Positions 17,193 to 27,874 are shown, numbered from the stretch's first letter. The stretch is DNA of 64,000 nucleotides from Gammaproteobacteria bacterium (GCA_965243205.1 CBDEUK010000002.1:832001-896000), one strand, 5' to 3'. Program-made: numbers and translations. Notes: generated by a model not told the origin, from the letters alone.

Positions 17193-18502
17193 TATTGCAA
17201 ACTCTCCACGCGAATCCTCATCACGTCTTTTTTAACTTGTTCTAATGCCTCAATCTTTTTAATGGCATCGTTCATAAATTTTTCTTGTACCGATTGAGTT
17301 AAGATAATAACAGGTACATCTGATTCATCTGCAGCAGCTTCTTTTTGAATAATCGCTTCAATGCTAATGCCTGTATCACCTAAAATTTTAGTGACATCCG
17401 CTAACACGCCAGGCTCATCAGTCACTTGTAAGCGTAAATAGTACGCGGTTTCAACTTCTTCCATATCCAATATAGGGAAATCTGATAAGGCATCAGATTG
17501 GAATGCCAAATGAGGCACATGATTTTCTGGATCGGAAGTCAACGCTCTTACTACATCAATAACGTCAGCAACGACTGCAGAGGCCGTTGGTTCAGCACCT
17601 GCACCAGGGCCATAATATAAGGTAGGTCCAACAGCATCGCCTTTAACGACAACTGCATTCATCACTCCATCAACATTCGCAATCAAACGTCGATGAGGAA
17701 TTAACGTTGGATGAACACGTAATTCAATACCATTATCTGTTTTACGCGTAATACCTAAATGTTTGATGCGGTAACCTAGCTCACCAGCGTAAGTAACATC
17801 TTGTACTTCGATTTTAGTAATACCTTCGGTATACGCCTTATCAAATTGCAAAGGGATACCAAATGCAATAGATCCCATAATGGTTAACTTATGTGCTGCA
17901 TCAATCCCTTCAACATCAAAGGTCGGATCTGCTTCAGCGTAGCCAAGCTCTTGGGCTTCTTTTAATACGTCATCAAAGTCACGCCCCTTGTCACGCATTT
18001 CAGTCAGGATAAAGTTGCCTGTACCATTAATGATTCCTGCAGCCCACAATAATTGATTCGCTGCCAAGCCTTCGCGCATTGCTTTAATGATTGGGATGCC
18101 GCCAGCAACAGCAGCTTCAAAAGCAACCATCACTCCTTTCTTATGTGCAGCTTCAAAGATTTCATTGCCATGAATAGCGATTAGGGCTTTATTAGCAGTC
18201 ACAACATGTTTTCCATTTTCAATCGCGGTCATAACCAATTCTTTTGCAGGTTCATAACCACCGATTAGCTCAACTACGATATCAACATCTGGATCATTAA
18301 CGACAGCGAACAAATCATTGCTTAAGTTAGGAATGCTATCCATGCCATCTGCATCACGATTAATACTTCTAGATGCTGCATGTGAAACTTGAATACCTCG
18401 ACCAGCTCGTCGAGTAATTTCTTCAGCATTACGGTTTAAGACTTGAACGGTTCCACCACCAACAGTTCCTAAACCCAAGACTCCTATATTGACAGGTTTC
18501 AT
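17192..18502 (-). CDS. hom: Homoserine dehydrogenase with C-terminal ACT domain
   Basis: GLGTVG, VVTANKA, FEAAVAGGIP, NGTGN, GYAEADP; likely start MKPV at 18502. Confidence 0.96.
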   Translation of the reverse strand: MKPVNIGVLGLGTVGGGTVQVLNRNAEEITRRAGRGIQVSHAASRSINRDADGMDSIPNLSNDLFAVVNDPDVDIVVELIGGYEPAKELVMTAIENGKHVVTANKALIAIHGNEIFEAAHKKGVMVAFEAAVAGGIPIIKAMREGLAANQLLWAAGIINGTGNFILTEMRDKGRDFDDVLKEAQELGYAEADPTFDVEGIDAAHKLTIMGSIAFGIPLQFDKAYTEGITKIEVQDVTYAGELGYRIKHLGITRKTDNGIELRVHPTLIPHRRLIANVDGVMNAVVVKGDAVGPTLYYGPGAGAEPTASAVVADVIDVVRALTSDPENHVPHLAFQSDALSDFPILDMEEVETAYYLRLQVTDEPGVLADVTKILGDTGISIEAIIQKEAAADESDVPVIILTQSVQEKFMNDAIKKIEALEQVKKDVMRIRVESLQ

Positions 18503-18548
18503 TATGATTTTTTCTCTAAACAATTATTCTATAAATTTATACGATTCT

Positions 18549-18590
18549 TAAAACGTTATCGAGGCAGTCAGAACAAGGCAAATAGTTTTA
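18549..18590. repeat. Internally deleted copy of a TA-flanked palindromic MITE-like element
   Basis: TA-AAACGTTATCGAGGCAGTCAGAACAAGGCA-AATAGTTT-TA; both ends match the element at 24472-24607; right end overlaps the alaC stop codon. Confidence 0.75.
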
Positions 18591-19787
18591 AGCGTTGCTA
18601 ACAACAGGTAACTCATCCTTAAACATAACCTTTAAGTTACGAATCGCTTGTCGAGTTCGATGTTCATTTTCAATTAAAGCGAAACGTACATGCTCATCAC
18701 CGTATTGACCAAAACCAATACCTGGTGAAACAGCCACTTTTGCTTCTACGATTAATTTTTTACAAAATTCTAATGAACCCATTTCTTTATAGGGTTCTGG
18801 AATTGGTGCCCAAACAAACATCGTCGCTTTTGGTTTTTCAACTTTCCAACCAATTGAGTTTAAGCCATCACATAAAACATCACGACGTTGCCAATACATA
18901 TTACGGATATCAGCTACACATTGTTGATCATCTTCAAGGGCAGTAATTGCAGCAACTTGCATCGGTGTGTACAAACCATAATCTAAATACGATTTCATAC
19001 GTGCTAATGCGTTAACTAATGTAGGATTGCCCGCCATAAACCCGATACGCCAACCAGGCATATTGTAACTTTTCGACATTGAAAAAAATTCTACTGCGAT
19101 ATCTTTAGCACCAGGAACTTGTAGAATAGAAGGTGCGGTATAACCATCAAACACAATGTCCGCATAAGCTAAATCTTGAACGACCCAGATCTCATGTTCT
19201 TTAGCAAACTCAATAACACGCTCAAAGAATTCCAGTTCAACACATTCTGCTGTTGGATTACCTGGAAAATTGATCAACATCATTTTCGGTTTAGGAAAAT
19301 TATCACGTACCGAACGTTCTAATTCAGCAAAGAAATCTATTCCAGGCCCCGTTGGAATATGCCTTACATCGGCACCGGCTATAACTTGGCCAAAAGGATG
19401 AATTGGATAAGCTGGATTCGGCACCATAACCGCATCGCCTCTATCAACCACCGCCATTGCTAAATGCGCTAAACCTTCTTTGGAACCTAACGTAACAATC
19501 GCTTCTGTCTCAGGATCAAGATCCACATCATATCGAGATTTATACCAATTACAGATAGCACGGCGTAATCTCGGGATACCTTTCGACATTGAATATCGAT
19601 GAGTGTCATCTCTTTGAGCGACTTCTACTAACTTATCAATAATGTGTTTAGGCGTAGGTTGGTCTGGATTACCCATACCAAAATCAATAATATCTTCGCC
19701 TCGACGGCGTGCCTCCATCTTCAAATCGCCAACGATGCTGAAGACATAAGGAGGTAATCGGTCTATTCTTGGAAAATCTTTGTTCAC
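18588..19787 (-). CDS. alaC: Alanine transaminase (class I/II PLP aminotransferase)
   Basis: [51 protein letters not shown]; likely GTG start at 19787. Confidence 0.92.
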   Translation of the reverse strand: MNKDFPRIDRLPPYVFSIVGDLKMEARRRGEDIIDFGMGNPDQPTPKHIIDKLVEVAQRDDTHRYSMSKGIPRLRRAICNWYKSRYDVDLDPETEAIVTLGSKEGLAHLAMAVVDRGDAVMVPNPAYPIHPFGQVIAGADVRHIPTGPGIDFFAELERSVRDNFPKPKMMLINFPGNPTAECVELEFFERVIEFAKEHEIWVVQDLAYADIVFDGYTAPSILQVPGAKDIAVEFFSMSKSYNMPGWRIGFMAGNPTLVNALARMKSYLDYGLYTPMQVAAITALEDDQQCVADIRNMYWQRRDVLCDGLNSIGWKVEKPKATMFVWAPIPEPYKEMGSLEFCKKLIVEAKVAVSPGIGFGQYGDEHVRFALIENEHRTRQAIRNLKVMFKDELPVVSNA

Positions 19788-19919
19788 AGTTAGGTATTTT
19801 TCTTCGATAATTTGCAAATCGCGCAGTATACGACATCGTATAAAGCGAGTCATTTTTGAAATTAAAATTTCATAATTTATTCATTAAAATTTGAACTTAA
19901 ACAGGCAATTATCACTAAA

Positions 19920-20741
19920 ATGTCAAAATTTCGTGCCGCAGTTATACAAATGGTCTCAACCGACCATGTCCAAGAAAACCTAGAAACCGCAAAACGACTC
20001 ATCAACGAAGCCTGCCTTGATGGCTCAGAGTTTATTTTACTACCAGAAAACTTTCCGTACATGGGGCAAGAAGAGCAAGATAAGTTAGCGAATAAGGAAC
20101 CCGCTGGTGTCGGACCAATCCAAACCTTTTTATCACAACAAGCCCTGCAACATGGTGTTTGGATTTGTGCAGGCACAATACCGCTTGAGGCAACCGATCC
20201 TGATAAAATCAGACCAGCCAGTATCATCTTCGACCCACAAGGTAATGCGTGTGCCCGCTACGACAAAATTCATTTATTTGATGTCCTAGTCAATGATGGT
20301 GAGGAAAGTTATTTAGAATCTTCTACCTTTGAGCCTGGCAGCGAAATTATCGTCGCTAAATTGCCATTTGCTAATATTGGTATGAGTATATGTTATGACC
20401 TACGTTTTCCTGAGCTATATCGTCAAATGCATAACGATGACGTGAATGTCATCACTGCACCTGCCGCTTTTACCTATCTAACAGGAGAAAAACACTGGGA
20501 ACATTTACTCAAAGTTCGAGCAGTGGAAAACCTCAGCTATGTGATTGCTGCGAATCAAGGTGGTCGACATGTTAATGACCGCAAAACCTGGGGACACAGT
20601 ATGATTGTGAATCCGTGGGGGGAAATTATCGCTGAAGTTGAACATTCAGGGCCTGGCTTTGCTTGTGCAGATATTGATATGGATGAACTGACTCAATTAC
20701 GTAAATCGTTTCCTGCTCTACAGCATAGAAAATTTCTATAG
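19920..20741 (+). CDS. Carbon-nitrogen hydrolase (Nit1-like deaminated glutathione amidase)
   Basis: Catalytic triad contexts LPEN, YDKIHLFDV, ICYDLRFPE; upstream of tldD. Confidence 0.9.
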   Translation: MSKFRAAVIQMVSTDHVQENLETAKRLINEACLDGSEFILLPENFPYMGQEEQDKLANKEPAGVGPIQTFLSQQALQHGVWICAGTIPLEATDPDKIRPASIIFDPQGNACARYDKIHLFDVLVNDGEESYLESSTFEPGSEIIVAKLPFANIGMSICYDLRFPELYRQMHNDDVNVITAPAAFTYLTGEKHWEHLLKVRAVENLSYVIAANQGGRHVNDRKTWGHSMIVNPWGEIIAEVEHSGPGFACADIDMDELTQLRKSFPALQHRKFL

Positions 20742-20819
20742 CCTCTATTAATAAACAACATTTCCCTGCTGCGACAATTTCATCTACTATGAAATTCAAC
20801 ATTTAAATGCTGACTGACT

Positions 20820-22262
20820 ATGACTGATTCAATCCAAATAGCCGAAGAACAATTACTTGCCAACACTGGCTTACAAACCAGTGATGTCGAAAAAACGCTA
20901 AACTCATTAATGTCACATGACATCGATCATGGTGATCTCTATTTTGAAACCAGTCGCTCGGAATCTTGGGTATTAGAAGACGGGATTGTTCGTGAAGGCA
21001 GTCATAGTATTGATCAAGGTGTCGGCATTCGTGCCATCAGTGGTGAAAAGACTGGATTTGCCTACTCGGATGAAATCATTTCTCCAGCATTAAGTCATGC
21101 CGCTGAATCTGCACGAGCAATTGCCAAGAGTGGTGGCGATGGAGGTCTCAAGGCCTGGAGCAAAACTCAAACGCCCGTTCTATATCAACCTATGGATCCA
21201 TTAGGCACCTTAAGTTCTGATGATAAAGTTGCGTTATTAAAACGTCTTGATCAAGAAGCTCGTGCAAAAGATCCACGTGTTAAACAAGTCATGATTGGTT
21301 TAACGGGCTTAACAAATACAGTCTTAGTCGCTTCCAGTGACGGCACCTACTCTGCTGATGTACGACCATTAGTAAGATTAAACATTAATGTGATTGTTGA
21401 GCAAAACGGTCGTATTGAAAAAGGTGGTTCAGGTGGTGGCGGACGTTTTGGTTATGAATATTTTATTAATAATGACATGGCTTCAAGCTATGTCGATGAA
21501 GCCATTGAACAAGCTTTGATAAACCTTGAAGCCGTTGAAGCTCCAGCCGGTACGATGACGGTTGTACTTGGTCCTGGCTGGCCGGGAATTTTATTACACG
21601 AAGCGATTGGTCATGGGCTTGAAGGTGACTTTAATCGTAAAGGTACATCAGCATTCGCGAATCGAGTCGGCGAACGCGTTGCAAGTCCTGAAGTAACTGT
21701 AGTCGATGATGGCACGATTGAAAATCGACGAGGCTCATTAAATGTCGATGATGAAGGTGTCCCAACTCAATGCACAACATTAATTGAACATGGAATCCTC
21801 AAAGGTTATCTACAAGATAAACACAATGCCAAATTAATGGGTGTTGCACCAACAGGTAATGGTCGTCGTGAATCGTATGCCCATCTAGTGATGCCACGTA
21901 TGACCAATACTTACATGTTAGGTGGTCAACACAAACAAGAAGAAATTATTGCTTCTGTTGAAAAAGGTTTATTCGCCACGCAATTTGGTGGTGGTCAAGT
22001 AGATATTACTAATGGCAAGTTTGTGTTCAGTGCTTCCCAAGCTTATTTAATTGAAAACGGAAAAATCACAACACCAGTGAAAGGCGCTACCATTATAGGC
22101 AATGGTCCTGATGTTTTGACACGTGTTTCTATGGTCGGTGATGATATGTCATTAGATAGTGGCATTGGTACATGTGGTAAAGATGGTCAATCTGTTCCTG
22201 TGGGTGTTGGACAACCTACGATTAAGATCGATGAAATGACAGTTGGTGGCACGAGTACTTAA
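20820..22262 (+). CDS. tldD: Metalloprotease TldD
   Basis: GEKTGFAYSD, LLHEAIGHGLEGD, GNGRRESY, PRMTNT, GTCGKDGQSVPVG. Confidence 0.97.
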   Translation: MTDSIQIAEEQLLANTGLQTSDVEKTLNSLMSHDIDHGDLYFETSRSESWVLEDGIVREGSHSIDQGVGIRAISGEKTGFAYSDEIISPALSHAAESARAIAKSGGDGGLKAWSKTQTPVLYQPMDPLGTLSSDDKVALLKRLDQEARAKDPRVKQVMIGLTGLTNTVLVASSDGTYSADVRPLVRLNINVIVEQNGRIEKGGSGGGGRFGYEYFINNDMASSYVDEAIEQALINLEAVEAPAGTMTVVLGPGWPGILLHEAIGHGLEGDFNRKGTSAFANRVGERVASPEVTVVDDGTIENRRGSLNVDDEGVPTQCTTLIEHGILKGYLQDKHNAKLMGVAPTGNGRRESYAHLVMPRMTNTYMLGGQHKQEEIIASVEKGLFATQFGGGQVDITNGKFVFSASQAYLIENGKITTPVKGATIIGNGPDVLTRVSMVGDDMSLDSGIGTCGKDGQSVPVGVGQPTIKIDEMTVGGTST

Positions 22263-22284
22263 TTCTTATTATCTTAAAACTTAG

Positions 22285-23409
22285 ATGCAAAAAATTCCTG
22301 CGGCATTTATTCGTGGTGGCACCAGTAAAGGCGTGTTCTTTCATGAAAAAGATTTACCGAAAGATAAACACGAACGTGATCAAATTCTTTTAAAAATTCT
22401 TGGCAGTCCCGATCCTTATCAACGACAAATGGATGGTCTTGGTGGTGGCTACTCCTCTGTTTCCAAAGCTGCAATTATTTCTGTTTCAGAAAGAGATGAT
22501 GCTGACATTGATTATACTTTTGCTCAAGTTGCGGTTGATAAACGTTTGGTAGATTATTCGGCAAATTGCGGGAACCTTTCTTCTGCAGTTGGACCGTTTG
22601 CTATCGATGAGGGATTAGTTAAAACGGAAGATAGTAAAGTTACTATAAAAGTATTTAATACGAATACTCAAACTTTTTTTAATTCCACATTTGAAGTTAA
22701 AAATAATAAAGCCATAACTCATGGTAGTTTTGAAATTCCAGGTATTGCTAATACTGGAGCAAAAATTAAATTAGATTTTTTAAACCCTGATGGTGCTACC
22801 ACAGGAAAGTTATTACCAACTGGGAATGCAATCGATATATTATTAATACCTAAATTAGGAGATATAGAGGTATCGATCGTTGATTCTAGTAACTTATTAA
22901 TTTTTGTGAATGCAAACACATTAAACACTTCATGTAATCAACTACCTGATGATATACAAAATAATAAAAGCTTAATGGAGCAACTCGAAGTTATACGCAA
23001 ACATGCAGCTCTGCATTGTGGTTATGCTTCTAGCTTAGATACAGTTCCTCTAGCCAATCCTAAAATAGCCATTATCGATACTGTAAAAGATTTTCAAACT
23101 CTAGATAATAAAATAATATCTTCTGAAAAATTTGATATTGCGATAAGAATGTTATCAATGGGTAAAGTACATAAAGCGGTTACATTAACTGGAGCTATGT
23201 GTTTATCAACTGCTTGTTTTATTGAAGGGACTATACCTAACCAACTTATAAACAACTCAAGCAAAGAAGACATACTGATTGGTAATCCTTCTGGCATTTT
23301 ACCTGTAAAATCTGAAGTGGCTAATAACTCAGGCATTTATAAAACAGAATCAACAACTGTTTATCGTACTCAAAGAAGATTAATGGATGGATATGTTTAT
23401 ATCGATTAG
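22285..23409 (+). CDS. PrpF/FldA/LigU-family isomerase
   Basis: RGGTSKGVFF, GSPDP..RQMDGLGGG, NCGNLSSAVG, R..RRLMDG. Confidence 0.88.
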   Translation: MQKIPAAFIRGGTSKGVFFHEKDLPKDKHERDQILLKILGSPDPYQRQMDGLGGGYSSVSKAAIISVSERDDADIDYTFAQVAVDKRLVDYSANCGNLSSAVGPFAIDEGLVKTEDSKVTIKVFNTNTQTFFNSTFEVKNNKAITHGSFEIPGIANTGAKIKLDFLNPDGATTGKLLPTGNAIDILLIPKLGDIEVSIVDSSNLLIFVNANTLNTSCNQLPDDIQNNKSLMEQLEVIRKHAALHCGYASSLDTVPLANPKIAIIDTVKDFQTLDNKIISSEKFDIAIRMLSMGKVHKAVTLTGAMCLSTACFIEGTIPNQLINNSSKEDILIGNPSGILPVKSEVANNSGIYKTESTTVYRTQRRLMDGYVYID

Positions 23410-24548
23410 AAGGTATAAGATAAATTAACGGATCCAAATTTCTGAGTATTCTCCTGACCCTTAAATTCTTTCGTTCTTAATACTTGGGAATAAGAAAGTT
23501 TAAATCGACTCCATGTCATGCTTGCTCCAGCAACGAAATCTCCAACCCAATTTTCTTTATCGATTTCATGACTATCTGAGAAAGTATTTCCATCAAGAAA
23601 AATATCTCGTAACACTAAACGGCCATTAGTTGCAGCGAACACATGAAAACTAAAACCATCCCATCCAGTTTTATATCGTGGATCATTTCTATCCGCTGGC
23701 GCATTGGTATCACCAGCTGGTCTAATCAATGCTGTTCCAAAGTCACTGGGTAAATTCCATCCAAAACGAACTTCAACTCCGGAATTAATGTGCGTAAAGA
23801 TATTACCTAACGCCGCACCACCATAAAAAATTCCATCCGCACCAAATTTTTTACCTAAGTTATCTCTGGAAAAGAAACGATACTTACGATCATAAATTAG
23901 ATTAATACCAACTTCGGTATCAATCTGATTATCCCAACCATTAGCTTTTTCAATATCTCGAATACTATGTACTAAGTCTTGAGCCTCTTCACCCAAAGAT
24001 AAATCGCCAGTAAAACCAAGCTGCACTTCAAACGTATCCAATCGGGTACGAGTTTTGGTATGGAATGCAGCACTGCCATATAACCAACCACCATAAGGTC
24101 GATCATTGGTAATTAGATCTCGACGAGAAATATCTTGAGGTGTATACATTTTTTGGCCAATAGAAAACGCAATGTGTCTTTGTCGCTCTCTATCTCGATA
24201 GGGTAAGCGTGATGAAATCGTATCAGATAATTTTTTTAGAAATGGACTTTTGTCCAAGTAAGGGTGATTATGAAACCATTGGAATTCAGGCGAGATCCAA
24301 CTGAGCTTTATTCCATTGGTATAAAAACGATCAGTATCAGCAAACAAATCATTTTCAAATTGAAAAGTAAACGTCCATGATTCTTCAGGTGGTTTCTCAG
24401 CATAGCTATTTGCTGAGAAACAAAAGAGTAATAAAAAAATGGTTTTATTAAGATATTTAAAATATATTTTATAAAACGTTATCGAGGTAGTCAGTACGAG
24501 GCAAACATCTACGAAAAGAGGGCCAGAAAAAATATTCATTCTATACAT
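23406..24548 (-). CDS. LpxR-family (DUF2219) outer-membrane lipid A deacylase-like protein; start uncertain
   Basis: FENDLF..TDRFYTNG, GQKMYTP, DRPYGGWLY, NGWDNQ, FLDGNTF, C-terminal Phe; signal peptide ending NSYA. Confidence 0.85.
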   Translation of the reverse strand: MYRMNIFSGPLFVDVCLVLTTSITFYKIYFKYLNKTIFLLLFCFSANSYAEKPPEESWTFTFQFENDLFADTDRFYTNGIKLSWISPEFQWFHNHPYLDKSPFLKKLSDTISSRLPYRDRERQRHIAFSIGQKMYTPQDISRRDLITNDRPYGGWLYGSAAFHTKTRTRLDTFEVQLGFTGDLSLGEEAQDLVHSIRDIEKANGWDNQIDTEVGINLIYDRKYRFFSRDNLGKKFGADGIFYGGAALGNIFTHINSGVEVRFGWNLPSDFGTALIRPAGDTNAPADRNDPRYKTGWDGFSFHVFAATNGRLVLRDIFLDGNTFSDSHEIDKENWVGDFVAGASMTWSRFKLSYSQVLRTKEFKGQENTQKFGSVNLSYTF

Positions 24549-24607
24549 AATAAATGACCGATTTTGAGTAGGTGTTTAACATAGTAATGACAACGCAGAT
24601 AGTTTTA
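24472..24607. mobile_element. 136-bp TA-flanked palindromic MITE-like (ERIC/RPE-type) element
   Basis: Nested imperfect inverted repeats: TAAAACGTTATC/GATAGTTTTA, GTCAGTAC/GTAATGAC, AAACATCTAC/GTAGGTGTTT, TCATT/AATGA; second partial copy at 18549; right end overlaps the MFS stop codon. Confidence 0.7.
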
Positions 24608-25801
24608 GATTTGTTCCATCATATCAGGATTACGAATCGTCTTACCTTTATCACGATCAGAAGTCACTGAAAATAAAACTATCACAAAGGCTATAACACA
24701 ACAAACAGCAGCCCACAAAAATGTTTGTGTACCACCAATTTTATCCCATACCAATCCACTTAAATACGTTCCTAAAGTAATTCCTAAGCCATAACCTGCA
24801 CTACTGTATAAGGCTTGCCCACGCCCTTGGATAGAACCAGTGAAATATTCATGAAATAATGTAATCGCACAGGCATGGTACAAAGCAAAACTTGCAGCAT
24901 GTAATAATTGTGCAAAAATAATGATCGCGAGGTTATCAACAAACGAAGCTATTAAACTCCAACGAACCGCTGTTATTAAGATACTGGCCAAGAATAATGC
25001 TTTTATTGTGAAGCATTGACTGAGTTTATGCATATAAGCAAACACAAACACTTCTGCTATCACACCTAAGGCCCACATTTGCCCAATGAAACTTAGTGAA
25101 TAATTATTCTCTTCTAAATAGATAGAGTAAAAAGTGTAATAAGGCCCATGACTTCCTTGCATAAAGATACAACCTAAAATCAAACCGATCACTTTCCATT
25201 GTGACAACGTTGAAACTATGGATTTTTTTTCATTCGCACTTTCTGATTCTTTTTTATCATTAACTAAAAAACTCGATATTAAAATTAATATCATAATGAA
25301 AAAAATCACATGTACTAAATAACGTATTTCAATTTTTTCAAATAATAAACCAAGTAACCATCCAATAAGAATAAAACCAATAGAGCCCCATAAACGTATG
25401 TGAGAATATTGATAAGAAGAATTTTTTAAATAATTTAAAGTAGTGACTTCATATTGAGCCAATGTCGCATTCCAGAAAAATCCAAAACTTAACATTACAA
25501 AAGCCAAACCCCAAAAACTGGTCGTAAAAAAAGCGCCAACAAATGCAATAACCGAAATTAAGGAACCAATTCGAATGATTCGCATGCGTTTACCAGAATG
25601 ATCGGCCATCCAACCTAATAAATTAGGCGCTACAATTTTACTGCCGACTAAAATTGCTGATAGTAAACCAATGGCTTCTGCGTCAAAGTTGATTGATTGT
25701 AAATACAATGACCAATAAGGAATGAAAGCTCCAAGGGCTGCAAAATACGCAAAATAGAAACTCGACAAGCGCCAGTAGGGAACCTGCGATGAAGAATTCA
25801 T
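24605..25801 (-). CDS. MFS transporter (HcaT/MFS_1-like) downstream of aroC
   Basis: About 12 hydrophobic segments; PYWRLSSFYF, GWMADHSGKR, IRLWGSIGF, QGRGQALY. Confidence 0.88.
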   Translation of the reverse strand: MNSSSQVPYWRLSSFYFAYFAALGAFIPYWSLYLQSINFDAEAIGLLSAILVGSKIVAPNLLGWMADHSGKRMRIIRIGSLISVIAFVGAFFTTSFWGLAFVMLSFGFFWNATLAQYEVTTLNYLKNSSYQYSHIRLWGSIGFILIGWLLGLLFEKIEIRYLVHVIFFIMILILISSFLVNDKKESESANEKKSIVSTLSQWKVIGLILGCIFMQGSHGPYYTFYSIYLEENNYSLSFIGQMWALGVIAEVFVFAYMHKLSQCFTIKALFLASILITAVRWSLIASFVDNLAIIIFAQLLHAASFALYHACAITLFHEYFTGSIQGRGQALYSSAGYGLGITLGTYLSGLVWDKIGGTQTFLWAAVCCVIAFVIVLFSVTSDRDKGKTIRNPDMMEQI

Positions 25802-25808
25802 TTAAGGA

Positions 25809-26906
25809 TTAAGCTTCTGAAGGGAGAACAGGCGTATCTGTTTGAACATCACCACACTGTCCACGATGACGTAATACATGATCCATTAATGTTAATGCCA
25901 ACATCGCTTCAGCAATTGGAGTCGCACGGATACCTACGCAAGGGTCATGTCGACCTTTAGTGATTGCTTCATCTTTTTCACCAGAGCGGTTAACCGTTTG
26001 CCCAGGAAGTCGAATACTTGAAGTTGCTTTTAACGCAATACTGACGACTAAATCCTGACCACTAGAAATACCACCTAACACGCCGCCAGCATTATTTGAT
26101 AGAAATCCCTCTGGTGTCATCTCATCTCGATGTTCAGTTCCGGTTTGAGTAATGCATTCAAAGCCAGCGCCTATTTCAACACCTTTCACTGCATTGATAC
26201 TCATCATAGCTTTCGCAATATCAGCATCTAATCGGTCAAAGATTGGTTCGCCTAAGCCGACAGGCATATTATCCGCAATCACATTAATACGTGCGCCAAC
26301 CGAATCACCACTTTTACGAAGGGCATCCATATACGTTTCAAGCGCATCGATTCCATCTGGCTCAGGAGAGAAGAATGGGTTATCGTTCACACCATCCCAA
26401 CTTTTAAATTCGATTTTATTTGGGCCAAGCTCAGATAAATACCCGCGAATGTTCATACCGAACTTTTCTTTTAGATATTTCTTAGCGATACCAGCAGCAG
26501 CGACACGCATACAGGTTTCTCGCGCTGAAGAACGACCGCCACCACGATAATCTCGGATACCGTATTTTTGTAAATAAGTGTAGTCAGCATGACCAGGACG
26601 GAACATATCTTTAATATTGGAATAGTCTTTTGACTTTTGGTCTTCGTTTTCTATCACCAAACCTATCGGCGTTCCTGTAGTCACCCCTTCGAACACGCCG
26701 GCAAAGATGCGAACTTTGTCTGATTCTTTACGTTGTGTAACATGACGGGACTGACCAGGCTTACGACGATCAAGATCGACCTGTAAATCATCTTCACTGA
26801 TTTCTAGCCCAGGCGGACAACCATCAATAATACCAAGATAGCCCAGCCCATGACTTTCGCCAGCGGTAGTTAAAGTAAATAATTTTCCAAAAGTATTTCC
26901 AGACAT
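25809..26906 (-). CDS. aroC: Chorismate synthase
   Basis: [37 protein letters not shown]. Confidence 0.98.
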   Translation of the reverse strand: MSGNTFGKLFTLTTAGESHGLGYLGIIDGCPPGLEISEDDLQVDLDRRKPGQSRHVTQRKESDKVRIFAGVFEGVTTGTPIGLVIENEDQKSKDYSNIKDMFRPGHADYTYLQKYGIRDYRGGGRSSARETCMRVAAAGIAKKYLKEKFGMNIRGYLSELGPNKIEFKSWDGVNDNPFFSPEPDGIDALETYMDALRKSGDSVGARINVIADNMPVGLGEPIFDRLDADIAKAMMSINAVKGVEIGAGFECITQTGTEHRDEMTPEGFLSNNAGGVLGGISSGQDLVVSIALKATSSIRLPGQTVNRSGEKDEAITKGRHDPCVGIRATPIAEAMLALTLMDHVLRHRGQCGDVQTDTPVLPSEA

Positions 26907-26914
26907 GGGCGCGG

Positions 26915-26943
26915 AGTATAACAGTATTCACCATGGGTGAATA
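26915..26943 (-). promoter_or_regulatory. Extended -10 promoter for aroC plus adjacent 8-bp inverted repeat
   Basis: Minus strand TG-T-TATACT 8 nt upstream of the ATG; TATTCACC-ATG-GGTGAATA at 26925-26943. Confidence 0.45.
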
Positions 26944-26962
26944 TTCTTGACATTAATTTTGT

Positions 26963-27241
26963 TTAGGATTTGCGAATTCGAACCACTGTCATTACCTGCA
27001 TTTCCATGCCAGCAACCGTTTCTCTATCAGAATAATACGTCATATTCACGTAGCTGCCTTTTAGACTTTGATATTCTTGTTTTCGTTTATAGCGAAACGG
27101 CGTTTCGACTCCTTCAACCATAATTGTATTAACGTACCATTCACCATCATTGCGTTGTACATGTGAAACAACTTTCAGTCGATCAGTTTGGTTTAATTTT
27201 TCATGAGAAGAGAGTAATTTTTTTACATCATTACGTTTCAT
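26963..27241 (-). CDS. Small hypothetical protein (92 aa)
   Basis: Overlaps the yigZ stop; protein-like composition; no family recognised. Confidence 0.7.
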   Translation of the reverse strand: MKRNDVKKLLSSHEKLNQTDRLKVVSHVQRNDGEWYVNTIMVEGVETPFRYKRKQEYQSLKGSYVNMTYYSDRETVAGMEMQVMTVVRIRKS

Positions 27242-27839
27242 CAGTTGATTCTTTTAATAATTTATTTTTATGGAGTTCAATAAAAGATTTTGAATTGGAT
27301 TCAGGCAACTGCACTTTAACATGTATTTGTTCTAAAAACTCTTGATGAATAAAAACACCATCATGCTGTTTCAAATCGTATTCAAACTGCTGCATTTCTG
27401 AATAATCAAAATAAAACTGTAATTCTATTTGTAGAACCCAAGGTTTTAACTCAGCAACTTCAATGACTTGTTTCGCAGCCGTGCCATAAGCACGTGTTAA
27501 TCCACCTGCTCCAAGCTTTACTCCACCAAAATAACGCACGACAGTAATAATACAATTTATTAATCCAGCACCTTCTAAATAATTTAAAATCGGTTTGCCT
27601 GCTGTTCCCGAAGGTTCACCTGCATCATGAAATTTAATATTCATCGAACCATCTGGATTACGAATCTTCCACGCAAAGGCAATATGATTAGCTTGCGGAT
27701 GTTCTTCAGCTTGTTGTTGAAGTATTTTCACAGCTTCGGTCTGTAAATTTATGGGGGCTATAGTTCCAATGAACTGAGATTTTTTTATCTCGTAAGTAGT
27801 AGATTGAATTATATTTGGGATAAATAATTGATCAGGCAT
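27231..27839 (-). CDS. yigZ: YigZ/IMPACT family protein
   Basis: EIKKSQF, DAGEPSGTAGKP, VVRYFGGVKLGAGGLTRAY. Confidence 0.9.
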   Translation of the reverse strand: MPDQLFIPNIIQSTTYEIKKSQFIGTIAPINLQTEAVKILQQQAEEHPQANHIAFAWKIRNPDGSMNIKFHDAGEPSGTAGKPILNYLEGAGLINCIITVVRYFGGVKLGAGGLTRAYGTAAKQVIEVAELKPWVLQIELQFYFDYSEMQQFEYDLKQHDGVFIHQEFLEQIHVKVQLPESNSKSFIELHKNKLLKESTDET

Positions 27840-27874
27840 AAAACAATTTTAAGTAAATTGTTTTAAAAAGATAG

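Noticed and set aside
20820-22262. TldD as the protease for the RiPP
   Set aside because: It lies 12 kb away in its usual nit-tldD context, and the precursor has a Sec signal peptide, so no dedicated leader protease is required.
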